Shown: piece by piece, positions 12,186 to 25,068 of the stretch | How the letters are laid out: the number at the start of each line of letters is the position of its first letter | Position numbering within the stretch: position 1 is the stretch's first letter | Source of the DNA: Priapulus caudatus | Taxonomy: Eukaryota | Direction: 5' to 3' | DNA length: 64,000 nt | Assembly (NCBI RefSeq): GCF_000485595.1 | Contig: NW_014577084.1 | Location: 431,149 to 495,148 of the forward strand | Made by a program: the position numbers and the translations under genes | The notes under the pieces: model-generated | Told to the model about the DNA's origin: nothing | The model's database searches: none | The model's input: only the letters and a program-made list of their open reading frames with translations

Positions 12186-14099
12186 TCACTGTCTCGTGTA
12201 GCATGGTTTGTAGCCGGCCATTAACATGAACTCGTAGCAATGTTCCTCTATAATTTTGATGACACGCGGTGGAAGTGCGTCCATCCACGCTGTTGCTGTC
12301 GCGTTGGAATCCTTGCGGAACGTTCCAAAGCGATACACCTTGGATGTCTGGTTCCCACTGACCTTTCCCTGAGTGTTCACGTCCAACCACTCGTAAACGC
12401 TGGGCGGGAGTTCCGGCAAGCCAACAAAGTCATAAAGTTGTTTGGCACTCTCTACGGGCGCTGCAGCCAAATCCTCGTACCTAACACGACGATAGCTCGA
12501 AGGTGCGCGCAGTCGCAGGCTGTTGCCCTGCACGAGATTTTTCAGTTGATCTGCGCAGTGGATCTTCACATTTGCACGCAGTATCTCGACTGCTGCGGAG
12601 ACGTTATTGGAGAGGCTCGGCCACCAAGACCGGAACATGCCTCTCGGATCACGGATGAGATGAAGTATTTTCACGTCGAGGATCGGATGTTCAAGCAATG
12701 GTTCAAGGTCGCTGATGTTTGCGCGGATCACCTTAATCGCACAATGCCCGTACGTGTTGCAGACCGCTGGCACCACCTCAAATCGCGTCTTCACTGTTTC
12801 CTTTATAAGTTTACTGCAGTTCGGTTCTATCTTGCCAGCAATATCTACTGCCATCGGGCAACCAAGGGTCTCAGTAATGGCTTTGCTCATGTACATGAAA
12901 TTGGTTGTCGGTTTGTAGTCTTTATTCGGTTTGCACAAAAACAAGCTCGTGAGAAGAGATCGCTGCCTTACGGCCTTTTGTTCGGACGACAAGTTAGCGT
13001 AGTCAGGCACTGTACCAAATGAGTGAAGCGGTTCAAAGACATAATACACATCCGCGTTTTGATTGAATATTTCGCCCGTGAACGTAGATCCTGATCGGTA
13101 GCGCGTACTGATGAGGATGGCCTTCTTTCGTTGTTGTAGTGGTTGGGGTCTCTCATATTTCCATTGATTTCCTGCAACTAAAAGTCTATACATTATATTA
13201 CTATATACTATTATAGGCAACATATAGACTAACGGCAAATCATATAAAGAAAATAGGCGAAATTCGCCACACTTATGCGTAAAGTGACTATACGTATTCC
13301 TTGATAATATATTGATTACGTTTTTATATGAGCATTGTCCGTGATATCTCAGTGAGGAAATTAAGAACCTTAGAACCTTTGCCGTTTTAACTTCTGTATG
13401 GTACAAAATAGCAACATTTACGCGGTGATATATATATATATATCAAGAGCTAATAATACCTAGAGTGTACAACGGAAAAACGGGNCTCAAATCGCGTATT
13501 CACTGTTTCCTTTATAAGTTTTACTGCCAGTTCGGTTCTATTTTGCCAGCAATATTTACTGCCATTGGGCAATCAATGGTCTCAGTAATGGCTTTGCTCA
13601 TGTACATGAAATTGCGTGGCGGTTGGTAGTCCTTATTCGGTTTGCACAAAAACAAGCTCGTGAGAAGAGATCGCTGCCTTATGGCCTTTTGTTCAGACGA
13701 CAAGTTAGCGTAGTCAGGCACTTTACGTTTAAATGCGTGAAGCGGTTCAAAAGACATAATACACATCCGCGTTTTGATTGAATATTTCGCCCGTGAACGT
13801 AGATCCTGATCGGTAGGCGTACTGATGAGGATGGCCTTCTTTCGTTGTTGTAGGGTTGGGTCTCTCATATTTCCATGATTCCCTGCAACTAAAAGTCTAT
13901 ACATTATATATACTATATACTATTATAGGCAACATATAGACTAACGGCAAATCATATAAAGAAAATAGGCGAAATTCGCCACATTATGCGTAAAGTTTTT
14001 ATATGAGCATTGTCCGTGATATCTCAGTGAGGAAATTAAGAACCTTCGAACCTTTGCCGTTTTAACTTCTGTATGGCACAAAATAGCACCATTCACGCG

Positions 14100-14152
<53 letters not shown>

Positions 14153-14387
14153 TAAGTTAGAAGTTAGATATTGTTCGTTTCGTATATGAATTGTCTCGAA
14201 CCAATGCTAGTTTTGCTTCTAAAAAGAGCATAGTCTTAGAAACACCGTTGCTTTCCACGTATGTGGAGCTATTGATGGATAGTTCCCTTGTCACCCACAT
14301 CAAAGCGACTACTGCCATTGCGCTAACCAGTCCTTTTTTCAGAAGCATCCGTTGGCACCCCGCGCAACTTGGAGTTGGAATCTCCAT
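12186..14387 (-). CDS. Golgi carbohydrate sulfotransferase (CHST1/3/4/5-like GlcNAc/Gal-6-O-sulfotransferase family)
   Basis: Catalytic exon 13171-12186 has the 5'-PSB motif ISTRYRSGSTFTGEIFNQ...FEPL, the 3'-PB motif ILHLIRDPRGMFRS, and RYEDL. A candidate first exon from ATG 14387 encodes a type II TM anchor (KKGLVSAMAVVALMWV); its donor site is uncertain. Confidence 0.85.
13486..14110 (-). pseudogene. Second, frameshifted partial copy of the sulfotransferase catalytic exon plus upstream intron
   Basis: Near-copy of 12776-13443 starting right after a single N at 13485, with 1-bp indels and several amino-acid substitutions. Confidence 0.7.
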
Positions 14388-15463
14388 GATGAACCTACAC
14401 ATATATCTATATATATATATACACGCGTATACGCGCGTGCGTATGCCGGTGCGCGTATCTGTGCGCGCGTGTGTGTGGGCGCGCGCTTGTGCATGTGCGT
14501 GCGTGTGTGAAAACCATTGAATTATTAGAACGGAAGAAATCACTGCATTATTTTGACATTGGCATTGAAAGGCCAATATCAGAGGGTGATAATGACATCT
14601 GGCTGATGACCTGTCATTATTCACCCATGCGAACAAGAAAGTAAGGCAGTCATGAATTATCGATGATCTCAATAATGGTAACTTGAAAAATACCTATCAA
14701 TATAGGAAGTTAGGTCAAAGAGTTTATAGTAACCTATAAAAACAGGAAATCTCTGGGAGTCTGGGAATTTTGATATATATATATGTATATTTATACGAAC
14801 GTGCGTGCGTATGTCGGCGCGCGTATCTCTCTGAGTACGTGCGTGAGTGCATGTGCGTGTGCGTGTGCTCATGTATGGCTACTCCTGCTTCAAAGTTCAA
14901 CCTATAAAATAAAATTAACATCGATAAAAACATGTAAATCTGATTGAATGGTCGGCGGTCTGAACTTGCACATGCGAAATTATTGTATAATAGTTGTATA
15001 TAATATTTATAACTGTAAATATAAAGGAATATATATATAAATAATTGTCAGTGAGAATAGTAAGCGTTCCAGTCGAACATACGATCATATGAGTTAAATT
15101 CTTTAATCTTATCTGGTGTAAACGTTGCTGACATGAACGTCGCCGTCTCTCTGGCGATCGGTGGCTTTTAAACTGACTGCATGGCAGAATCTACCGAATA
15201 TGAACCATACCAATGTGTTTATTATCTACTCTTGACCATACATAAACGTAGCGGCAACGCGCCGCCACACTCAAGTAACTGTGACATCGACGGCTTCAAC
15301 GACTAAATCGCACTTAGTTTGCTTCATTTCTAACTGATCGAAGCCGAGTCGACAGGTAAACGTAATCTCGGCGCTCTTTATATACGACAGATAGCGTGCG
15401 CAATGACAGTGTAGGGCGACGTAGGTCGATCGTCGACGTAGGGTGTGACTAGGCGCAGCCTAG

Positions 15464-16359
15464 GACACACTGCGCGATTTTCTACGCTGGCCGCTTGTGA
15501 TCGATAATACGTGCGGGTCCGCGCGGATGCTGTCCCGGTCTCACGGCAGCGTATTTCGCTCGCGATCGCATACGCCCGGCGCATCGCTCGTATTGTTGAC
15601 ATATTGACATATTCGACATGTTGAATATTTCCGCCCGGTTTTCTATCGCGTGCGTACAAATACGACATTGTGTCCACATGTTCGCGCGCGATTTCTTTCA
15701 GCAGCCAATCAGTTTAGTACAGGCGCAGCTCACATGACCTGCATGAAAATAACAGCGCTAAACACAAGAAGTGTGAACTATGCAGAAGGAGGATGATTTG
15801 GCCATTTTATGGTCAGAGAACTCGTGTCTGTATTACATACAGTCTGTAGAGTATCGCAATCGAGTTGCGAAGGAAATAGCATTAAATGCTATAGCGCAAC
15901 TACTGGAGATGACTGGTAATTTCACCCTGTATAAATAGCTCAATAAATCGAATTATTTTTATTGTTTAATTGACGATTTCGTATGGCAGTGTTGTGCATA
16001 TAAGTATGACAACAGCCCTTAATTACTTATATATTATTTATAGATGGGCTATTTGTAGAATTTTAGCAAATTTAATTTGAATTCTATGTACAACCTTCCG
16101 TCTAACACACACTGTTCCGACTTTATTTATTTTCACCCGTTACTGTACATGCTACACGTACATGTACATGTACATGTAACACGGCTAGCGTACAAAATCG
16201 AAGTGTGTGTCCAGCTGTACGCGCAACTCGTACGGCGTTCTAATTAACAAATAAAATCGTATAATCGTAAATCGTATTATCGTAAATCGATTAATTAACA
16301 ATTAAAATCGTGAGCGAAAATATACGCTGCCGGGCAGCGTACAGAATCGCTAGTGTGTC
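15464..16359. mobile_element. Non-autonomous TIR element (imperfect ~30-bp TIRs)
   Basis: GACACACTGCGCGATTTTCTACGCTGGCCG versus the reverse complement of CGGGCAGCGTACAGAATCGCTAGTGTGTC. Confidence 0.55.
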
Positions 16360-16360
16360 G

Positions 16361-16682
16361 AACTTAAAGAAACTTACGTAACTTAAGAACGTAAACTTAA
16401 CTTATTACGTACTTTACTTATTAATTATTACTTACTACTTATTACTTATTACTTTACTTATTAGTTACTTTACTTTACTTTACTTAAACTTTACTTATTA
16501 CGTAACTTAAGAACTTAAAGAAACTTACGTAACTTAAGAACGTAAACTTAACTTATTACGTACTTTACTTATTAATTATTACTTACTACTTATTACTTAT
16601 TACTTTACTTATTAGTTACTTTACTTTACTTTACTTAAACTTTACTTATTACGTAACTTAAGAACTTAAAGAAACTTACGTA
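16361..16682. repeat. ~150-bp AT-rich tandem duplication built of TTAC/ACTT sub-repeats
   Basis: AACTTAAAGAAACTTACGTAACTTAAGAACG recurs at ~16361 and ~16512, and partially at ~16663. Confidence 0.85.
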
Positions 16683-16770
16683 CGCGCGGCACGAGAGCAA
16701 AGATTTTCGACTCGGATATTTCCAGTGCGTATATACAGTCTATAGCCGCGGAAAACAACGGTATTTTTTA

Positions 16771-17168
16771 AGCCCTGTCTACACTAGCAAACTTTAGCAA
16801 ACTTTAGTTTGCAAACTCGAGCAAACTCCGAGTTCGAGCAAACTCGAGCAAACTCGAGCAAACTCCGAGTTCACTGGTACTGACTGTGAATTCCAATGTT
16901 CAATGTCCAATGTTTGTCTATCTGCAGGATCACATGACTACAAACTGTCATTTGATTGGCTGAGTTATTCCAAACTCAGCAAACTCGAGCAAACTAGTTT
17001 GTCAAGAAGGTGCACGGCCTAACTTCTGCAAACTTCTGCAAACTAGTTTGCCGAAGTTTATCAACTGGTCTACACTGGCAAACTTTGGAAAACTTTTCTG
17101 GCCAAACTCGGAGTTTGCTCGAGTTTGCTCGAGTTTGCAAACTAAAGTTTGCTAGTGTAGACAGGGCT
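16771..17168. mobile_element. PIF/Harbinger-type MITE
   Basis: TIR AGCCCTGTCTACACTAGCAAACTTTAG / CTAAAGTTTGCTAGTGTAGACAGGGCT, flanked by TTA on both sides (TWA TSD). Confidence 0.85.
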
Positions 17169-17385
17169 TTACGCTGATACCTCGCGTGTTGTTAATATTT
17201 TCGTATATATGTATATGTCCCGTAGCTTTTAATATCCTATTGGGTACTGTATACGTGTTAACCCCCGCCAAAGTCCGCTGCTTGATTTACGCATTTTTTC
17301 GATTCACGCGACCATTTTCACATTCGAGTCACGGATAAAAGCTAGGCCACCTTACGTGCCAGCTGAACCTAACTATATATACCTC

Positions 17386-17411
17386 CAAGAGCGCATAAAG
17401 AAGGCTTCTTG
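17386..17411. mobile_element. 26-bp transposon remnant with 7-bp TSD
   Basis: CAAGAGCGCATAAAGAAGGCTTCTTG flanked by ATACCTC twice. The left part matches the tip of the 2255-2996 element. Confidence 0.7.
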
Positions 17412-18252
17412 ATACCTCTGATTTGCATGCAAAACACATGTAGGCCTACAGCTGCAGTGTCCTTTAAACCAGGGAATATTGTTCGAATAAAGGTGGATGG
17501 CGATAATAGGTGGAAGATTTGGTATTATACGTCCAAAAGTCGAAGAATGCGCGCATGCAGGTCAAGACACAATAGTGGAGAATTTTGACAGACTCCAGTG
17601 CGTACCATTTACATTTACTCATTTACTCATTTACAGTCAGTAGCAGTCAGCAGTACTCATTTAGCAGTACTCATTTACATACAGTGGCAGTCAGCCACGT
17701 ATGACTTATCACGCCTCTCTGGACTCTTATGTTATTTTGGCAGCTCAAAAAAATATCTTTTCTTATCTGTGCAATATATATGATTGTGACAACCTACTAC
17801 TACACAAGTTTTCGGCATATATATACAAGGAAATTAATATGCTTTAGGTTTGCAAATCGGTTATTGCGTGTGTAATCCCCGTGTAAGCTCACGGAGACAG
17901 GCTGTTGTTTTCACCGGCACAGCTGGTTGCTAGGTTAAGAAAGTCCCGGATGTGGCAAAGTTCCCGGCTGTCCGCCCGCACCTATAAGGTTCGTGTTATA
18001 TTTCCTTGTCATTCATGTGAAGCCGAGTTCCCAGTGAATTCAGTCAGCGACTAGGTCTTATTTACATCATATTCATTAATAAGGTGATGCCAACGGCTCT
18101 ATTTTTGACAAAATATAGCAAACAAATAAACATTCATACCGTTTTGCTTACACAATCATGTTATTATTGATTTCTAGGCGATATTACCATTAGCACACGA
18201 CTTGGCTGAGAGTGGCAAAACGCGCCTGCGAGTTTGAAGATAATACATAACG

Positions 18253-18955
18253 ATAGAATTTGTTACTAGTAATCGTGGTCGTATAAAATTCGTGTATGAA
18301 GGTTTTGTCTATGTGAAACAGAAAACACTGGCTGATGGAGTCATATCCTATGAGTGTGAGATGAGGCGTAACAGCAAACAATGTAGAGCCATAGTTAGAG
18401 TTGATGGTGACCGAGTTGTTGGACGTTTCAATGAACAGACCCATGCTCCTAATGTTGGACGTTCGGAAGAGATGAAAGTTCGCCAGAACGTTAAACGTCG
18501 TGCAATAGACACTGAGGAAAGCGCTCAGCAAGTCGTCACGCAGGGACTCGGGAACGTTAGTGATGAAGCGGCTGTAAAACTTGCAGCTATTCGTAACATT
18601 CGTCGCTATCGCCAAGCTGCTGGAAATCCACCTGTGCTCCCACAGACACTAGCAGACCTAGTTTTACCATACGAATATCAGCGTACATGTATGCTCTAGC
18701 TGATGAGCCATTTCTGCTGTTTGACAGCGGTGCTGATGATGATAGAATCGTGCTATTCTCTACCGAAATTAACCTTCGCGTTCTGGAGACATCTACGGAC
18801 TGGTTTTGCAATGGAACATTGAAAGTTGTGCCCGATGTATTCTATCAGCTATTTACCCTCCATGCTCTGATCAACAACCATGTGGTTACTTGCATCTATG
18901 CTCTCTTACCAAACAAGAGACAGCCCACATATTTGCGACTTTTACGTGAACTATG
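18253..18955 (+). pseudogene. FLYWCH zinc-finger + MULE (Mutator-like) transposase relic
   Basis: IEFVTSNRGRIKFVYEGFVYVKQK...YECEMRRNSKQCRAIVRV...EQTHAP is FLYWCH-like. After a frameshift near 18690 comes FLLFDSG...RIVLFST...WFCNGTLKVVPDVFYQLFTLHA...YALLPNK..TY, the MULE DGTFK motif with the catalytic D changed to N. Truncated by a palindrome. Confidence 0.85.
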
Positions 18956-20362
18956 TCGCCATTATAATGATAATAATATATAAAATAATAATATAATATA
19001 TAATTATATATTATTATCATTATAATGGCGACACAGCACACTCGCAGCGGCGAGTGCGGGAGCGTTCGGCGTTAGTTTTTATGAAGGAAAGTTGATATAC
19101 AGTGACGCAGCAGTGGAACTGTGATTGAGAGGTACGGTAGTATTTGTGAACGTGCGTTCATATTATTTTCAGTTTTTACTGACCCTGTCTATAGATATAG
19201 AAGAAGATATATAGAATCTTCTTCTATATCTATGCTCTGTCCCAAGTGCCTGTGTGTGCGGGTATGCGCGCGCGGAGTATCGCACAGCATCGCAACCGTG
19301 TTGTAGAAATTGTTGTTTTTGTGTCGGGAGCTAAATTTATTGCGGGTATTTTTAGTTAAAGTTTAGTTTAGTGTATTCGATAAAGATTCTTCGGGATATT
19401 CCTGCCTCTCCACCTGTTGGCGAGAGTAGGCTAATAAAGTCACTGCCGGCGGCAGGTTAAAACCCGCAATACATGTGTTTGCGTATTTCTTGCGTTGTCT
19501 TCGTGACTCCTGAGTAGAACGAATATATCCTGAATATAATAGTAGGCCCCTACTTTACATTTTTCGTAAAATGTCTTTATACGGAATATATCTGATATGA
19601 ATTATTTACTGCATATTTCTATGATGCTCGTCAGCGACTCCCTTCTCTCCCCTCCTCCCCTTCGTGTCATTGGCCACTAAGCATGGCTGTAGCTAGCGGG
19701 GGGAGCATTCCCCCCAGAAAAATATATATACTGCTCCATGTTCAATGGGGAATTGTACGGTGGCCCACAGGGACAAAACTCCATACTTCTGAAAACGCTA
19801 TACTTCGGAAAGTTCATCTCTATACTTCTGAAAACTCCATACTTCTGAAATTTCCTTAAAACTGAAATCTCTAAACATACAGGAAAGTAGAGGAAGAGAG
19901 AGAGAGGAGGTATATGAGGAGCGGAGAAGGTGGTAGAGGAGGAAGGGGTAGTGGAGGAGATGGGGAAGATGTTGGAGGAGGAGGAGAGGAGGATTTAGAG
20001 GACGAAAGAGAAGGTAGAGGAGGAGCAGGAGGTAGAAAAGGGACAGGTGGTACAGGGAGGAGGGAAGAAGGTGGTGGAGGAGGAGGAGGAGGGGGAGCTG
20101 ATAGATGGGGGAGAAGGTGGTGGAGGAGGAGGGGGGAGAAGGTGGTGGAGTAGGAGGAGGTAGAGGAGGGCGCCTCTACCTCCTCCTCCTCCATCACATT
20201 CTCCCCTTCCTCCTTCCTCAACCACCACATGCACCTCCTCTACCTCCTCATCTCCCCCTCCTACTCCTCCTCCACTGTCCGATGTCCACTGTCCAATGTC
20301 CGGGGGGTAAATGTCCGGGGGGTGACCAAAAGAGGTTTGTCTTCATTAACTCCTGATATGAT

Positions 20363-20404
20363 CAGGAGCGTATAATGACAAATATTTGTCATTATACGCT
20401 CCTG
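20363..20404. mobile_element. 42-bp perfect palindromic transposon remnant with 7-bp TSD
   Basis: CAGGAGCGTATAATGACAAAT/ATTTGTCATTATACGCTCCTG flanked by ATATGAT twice. Another right end (TTTGTCTTCATTAACTCCTG) lies immediately upstream. Confidence 0.8.
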
Positions 20405-21034
20405 ATATGATGTATATACTTATAATTTCTCTCAAGCAAAATTATTAGCTTGAAAAAAGTCCCACGTTGAATCTGCAGAGTAGGCCTATATGCGACAGTT
20501 GGTCAAATTACAAATACGTCTACATAGAAGATGTCAGCTTTTCTAATTCTGTTGAGGCGCAATTAAAGGCGGTCTAATCCTTCATGCCAAAGAAATGAGG
20601 TGTTCGAGCGAGAGCCGAGTGATGATGCAGAAAGTATGTACGTGAGTGTGTGAGGGGCTGAACCGTATATTTCAGCAATCGAAATTTATGTTTAGAGAGA
20701 ACGGGCATAGCTATGATATCCTCTTTAGGCCTGTGATTTCAACCCGTTGTCTGTCTATTCTACTGCACCCACCATACTTCAATAATGACGAGTACTCACT
20801 CCCCCAGTCCAAGAAGAATTAGGGGGTTGGAGGTTTTGGAGAATGAGGAAAAATGCACAATGAAACGTAATTGTGAAGAAGAAGAAGAAAACGAAGAAAG
20901 AGAGAGAGAGAGAGTGGGGGTGGACGAAAATACGAGGATGTGGTAGAGGACGGCGACGACAACAACAAACTAAATCTACAGCAACAAATCGAAAATACCA
21001 TTGATGCGCACACCACCGGGAGGACATGTGCGTG

Positions 21035-21358
21035 CGTCTGTGTGTGCGTGCGTGCGTGCGTACACGCAGACGCACGTACGCATGCATGTACACACAGACG
21101 CACGCACGCACGCACGCACGTACACACAGACGCATGCTCGCACGCACTCGCGTACACACAGACGCACGCACGCACGCACGTACACACAGACGCATGCACG
21201 CACGCACATACACACAGACGCACCCACGCACGCACGCACGCACGCACGCACGTATACAGACGCACGCACGCACGCACGTACACAGACGCACACACGCACG
21301 TACACACAGACGCACGTACACAGACGCAAACACGCACGCACGTACACACAGACGCAAG
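21035..21358. repeat. (GCAC)n/ACACAGAC compound microsatellite
   Basis: Direct reading. Confidence 0.9.
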
Positions 21359-21359
21359 C

Positions 21360-22642
21360 AGCACCACCCATTGAAAGTTGAGAGAGAATATCCCCCAAAA
21401 AGCTGAGCACATTGCACAACCTCTGGCTGCACTCTTTAATACCTGTATTACAAGAAGCTATTTTCCCACGGAACTAAAAAAAAAAAAAGCGGAAATCACG
21501 CCAATCTTCAAAAAAGAGGACAAACTGGACAAGTGAAATTACCTACCAATAAGCGGCCTGCCGTGCTTTTCCAAACTTTTCGAGGGACTTCTTGGAGACC
21601 AAGTAGGATCGCACTTCAACGACATTTTCTCGCCGCGTATTTCTCGAGAACCGTCACCAGCGAGTTAAAAGTCGGAGGTACCCTGAGCATCTGGAAAATG
21701 CCAACCAAAGGAGTACCGCAAGGGTCAGTCCTCGGACCCACTCTATTCAACATATTTATAAACGACATCTTCATAATGCACTCACACCTGGATATCGCCA
21801 ACTACGCAGACGACAACACGCTTTGCCCACACAACAATAACCTAGACACACTCATTACAGAACTAACACATGGCTATTCCACTCTAACCAAGTGGTTTAA
21901 CGAAAACCGCATGCAAGCCAACCCTAAAAAATTTCAATGCATAATCCTATCACCCACCTCCACTCTTGAAGACATTGACCTAAACATCGACGACTTTAAA
22001 ATAACAAACAGATCTGATGTCACACTACTTGGCGTGGATATCAACAGCCGCCTAACTTTCGACAAGCACATTAGGAACATCTGCATCAGGGCGTCACGCC
22101 AGCTAAATGCCCTAAAACGTTTTGGAAAATACTTATAGATTACAAATCTAGACTTCAAATATACAAATCATACTGCCTAAGCAACTTCAACTACTGTCCC
22201 GCCGTCTGTCACCACACAGGAAAACATTAACAAACTAGAACAAATACAAAGAAGAGCACTTAGCTTTGTTGTTGGTCGAGGCAGCCACACACACGAAGAT
22301 CTTCTAGCCCACACCAATCTTCCTAGCCTAGGACTAGGGCGAGTCAAGGCCATCGCCACAGAAGTATACAAGGCCATGCATACACGATGAAAGCCCAACC
22401 TATATATAAAGAGCCTTTTCAAACATTCATGCACCCCCTACAACCTCCGAAGTAAAAACTCTCTTGCGCTTCGCGACTATAATTCAATAACTTATGGCAA
22501 GAAATCCTTTCGGTACCACGGCACCTGGCTATTGAACAACCCCCCCCCCCCCCAACATCCGTCAGGCTACAGACCTCACAACCTTCAAGGCGCTTCTAAG
22601 ATCGTGGTCAGGTCCATCCTGTGTATGTGCGATGCGCCGCTG
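21360..22642 (+). pseudogene. 5'-truncated non-LTR retrotransposon (CR1/L2-like) reverse transcriptase relic
   Basis: AEITPIFKKEDKLDK, KGVPQGSVLGPTLFNIFINDI, ANYADDNTL, LLGVDINSRLTFDKHI, and a C-terminal CxCxx region; stops and frameshifts present. Confidence 0.9.
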
Positions 22643-23030
22643 ATGCCCCCCACTAATTAACCCACACACACGCGGAACAACCTGCATGGACTGATATGAA
22701 TCATCAACTCTAATTTGATCACGACTCATAATTTTAGTATCCTTGCGTGATTATTGTTTTCTTGTTTTAGTACCTGCGTTTTCTTTACGAATACGTCAGT
22801 GTCCCTCATAAGTTGATATGATTTTTTTATGTCCAATGCTCCATTGTACAATGTTATACCATAGTGACCGCGATTGACTGCTTGTGATATGCCTATGAAG
22901 GCTTTGACTGGGGGGGGGGCAAATGCCCCCATGCCCCCTCCTTGGTGCCGCAACTGAGCATCTCGCCTCTCGGCCAATCTTACGCACTTAAAAAATACAG
23001 GGGCTTGTCCGAAAGATATGCGCATGGTAG

Positions 23031-24161
23031 TGTAATGGCCCTAGGGGTGGCCGACTACGGTTCGACAGACGTTGTTTCGTAACGCGTGTCCTAGTTGTGG
23101 GATTCAGTGTTCGCTCCCGCCGGTATAACAGGCAGGACGGTGATGTCGCGTAGCAGATAACAGGTAGCACCAATCGAACAGAACACAGTGAGATTCGGTT
23201 AACTGTACGGTTATAGCTTTATTAATTTGTTTCCTACTAGTTCACAAATAATTCCTCTGCGCTCGTATGTGCCGCAGATCCTATCACCACTAGATTAATA
23301 TTGACGAAGTAACACGTCGCCGGTTTCGTCTTCCTCTCTCACGTTCGTCCTCTCCTCGCGTAGACCTAGGCAGTCTCCAAGGTGTCTCCCTCTCCTTCAC
23401 GCCTGGCTCTACCTAACCGGAATCCCGTTCTTCTCCGTCCTCGTTTTATTCCCCTCTCCCGTTCGTCTCCGGTTTTCACCTACCTGAAAACCTGAGCCTC
23501 TAGCCCCTCTCTCGACAACGCTTCTGCTCCCTCTCTCTACTTCTTCCTCCGTCTCCTTCTTCCTCCTCCTTCTCCTTCCTCCTCTTCCTTTTTCGTCCTC
23601 CTACCTGTACCTGAAAAACAACTCTCTCTTCCTCTTTCTCTTCGCCCTCTTCTTCTTCTTCTTCTTCTTCTTCTTCTTCTTCCTACCTAGACCTGAAAAA
23701 TAACGCTCTCTTCCTCTTTCTCTTCGTCCTCTTCTTCTTCTTCTTCTTATTCCTACCTAGACCTGAAAAGTAGCACTCTCTTCCTATTTCTATTCGTCCT
23801 CTGCTTCCTCTTCTTCTTCTTCCTACCTAGACCTGAAAAATAACACTCTCCCGCTCTGCGATTCGGCGCGCCTTATATAGACTCTATATACTTAGCCGGC
23901 CCGCAGATTTCGTTCGCTGGTGCAATCACTGTGGTGCAATCGTTTCCCCCGATGACGCAACCCGTGTCTGGTACCGTACGATGGTTACATCATCTTATGC
24001 AACTCGTTTCTGAGTAAATATTCCTCTCTTCGACAACTTAGACTATTAATTCTATTCAAATCCCCTCATATATTATGCTGACTAATAATACCTAACCGCG
24101 CAGATTATTATATCCTATTTATCTCGTTATCGCTTAAACACTCCTTGTTTTTCCCCCGACA
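23031..24161 (-). mobile_element. Solo LTR
   Basis: TGT...ACA termini with near-TSD GGTAG/GGCAG. The minus strand has TATATAA (~23873-23879) upstream of AATAAA (~23218-23223). Internal ~65-bp tandem unit TCCTACCTAGACCTGAAAAA. Confidence 0.7.
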
Positions 24162-24910
24162 GGCAGCAGCAGCAGCAGTGATAGCATGATCCAAGATGGT
24201 TGCGCCCATGGACGTGCGTGTTGACATATATTTTTGTGCGGTCCATATCTTATCCTCTCTTTAGTCAATATATATAGTTATTCCCTCTATACTGTGAGTT
24301 CAATCTATCCATCCTGATCTAGCCTACTGCTCCTGTGAGTCACACACCCCCGAAATCTCCACAGTATCCGATCTCAGAATTTAATTTCAGCCGCAGCATC
24401 CCAACGAAATAAAAAATAAGTTCTGGTAACCCCAGTATATAACCCAGTATATATAACCCCAAAAATAAATAAAATAAATAATGAAACGATCGAAGATACA
24501 GTTCACAGAAACAATTACAAATTGCAAAAACACAGTCTCCCACATTTCTTCAGCTTAATCCTATCTTACATGTAATCATAGATATATATATAAACGTTTG
24601 ACATACAAGATTTATATATCTATATGATTTAGTTATTGAAAATGTTGCCCCCCCCCCGGAATTTGCTTAGACTACGACCCTGTACTTTCCAGATGCAGAT
24701 GCTGAATAGGGTGAATACTATAACAACCAATCAGGAGTGAACATTATTCACTCATGAACCAGAATTTATACAGAATTCATACATAATTCATACAGAACAA
24801 CCAAATTATACAGCTAGAGAGTGGCAAGCGCTGAATCAGCATGCTGTTACACTAGTGTTTGAACCTTCGAAGTTTACCGCCTTGCTACCACAGCGCGCGC
24901 GAATGAAAAA

Positions 24911-24918
24911 TGACGTCA
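24911..24918. promoter_or_regulatory. CRE palindrome TGACGTCA upstream of the TTC6-like gene (CCAAT at ~24728)
   Basis: Exact motif ~150 bp upstream of the candidate ATG, in a CpG-richer patch. Confidence 0.3.
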
Positions 24919-25068
24919 CCGGATGTTTGACCGGATCCCAAGGTGGTGAAAGTTTGTTGACATTAGTTTCCACGTGCGAAGATGAAAGCCGTTTCAATTT
25001 TAGTTTGGAGGCGTTATCATTATTTGTGCTAATTAATTAGAATATTGTATTTATCATTCATAGTTATC

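Noticed and set aside
12240..13022. 260-aa plus-strand ORF
   Set aside because: Antisense shadow of the sulfotransferase exon.
16361..16682. CRISPR-like array
   Set aside because: Eukaryotic context; a simple tandem duplication with no unique spacers and no cas genes.
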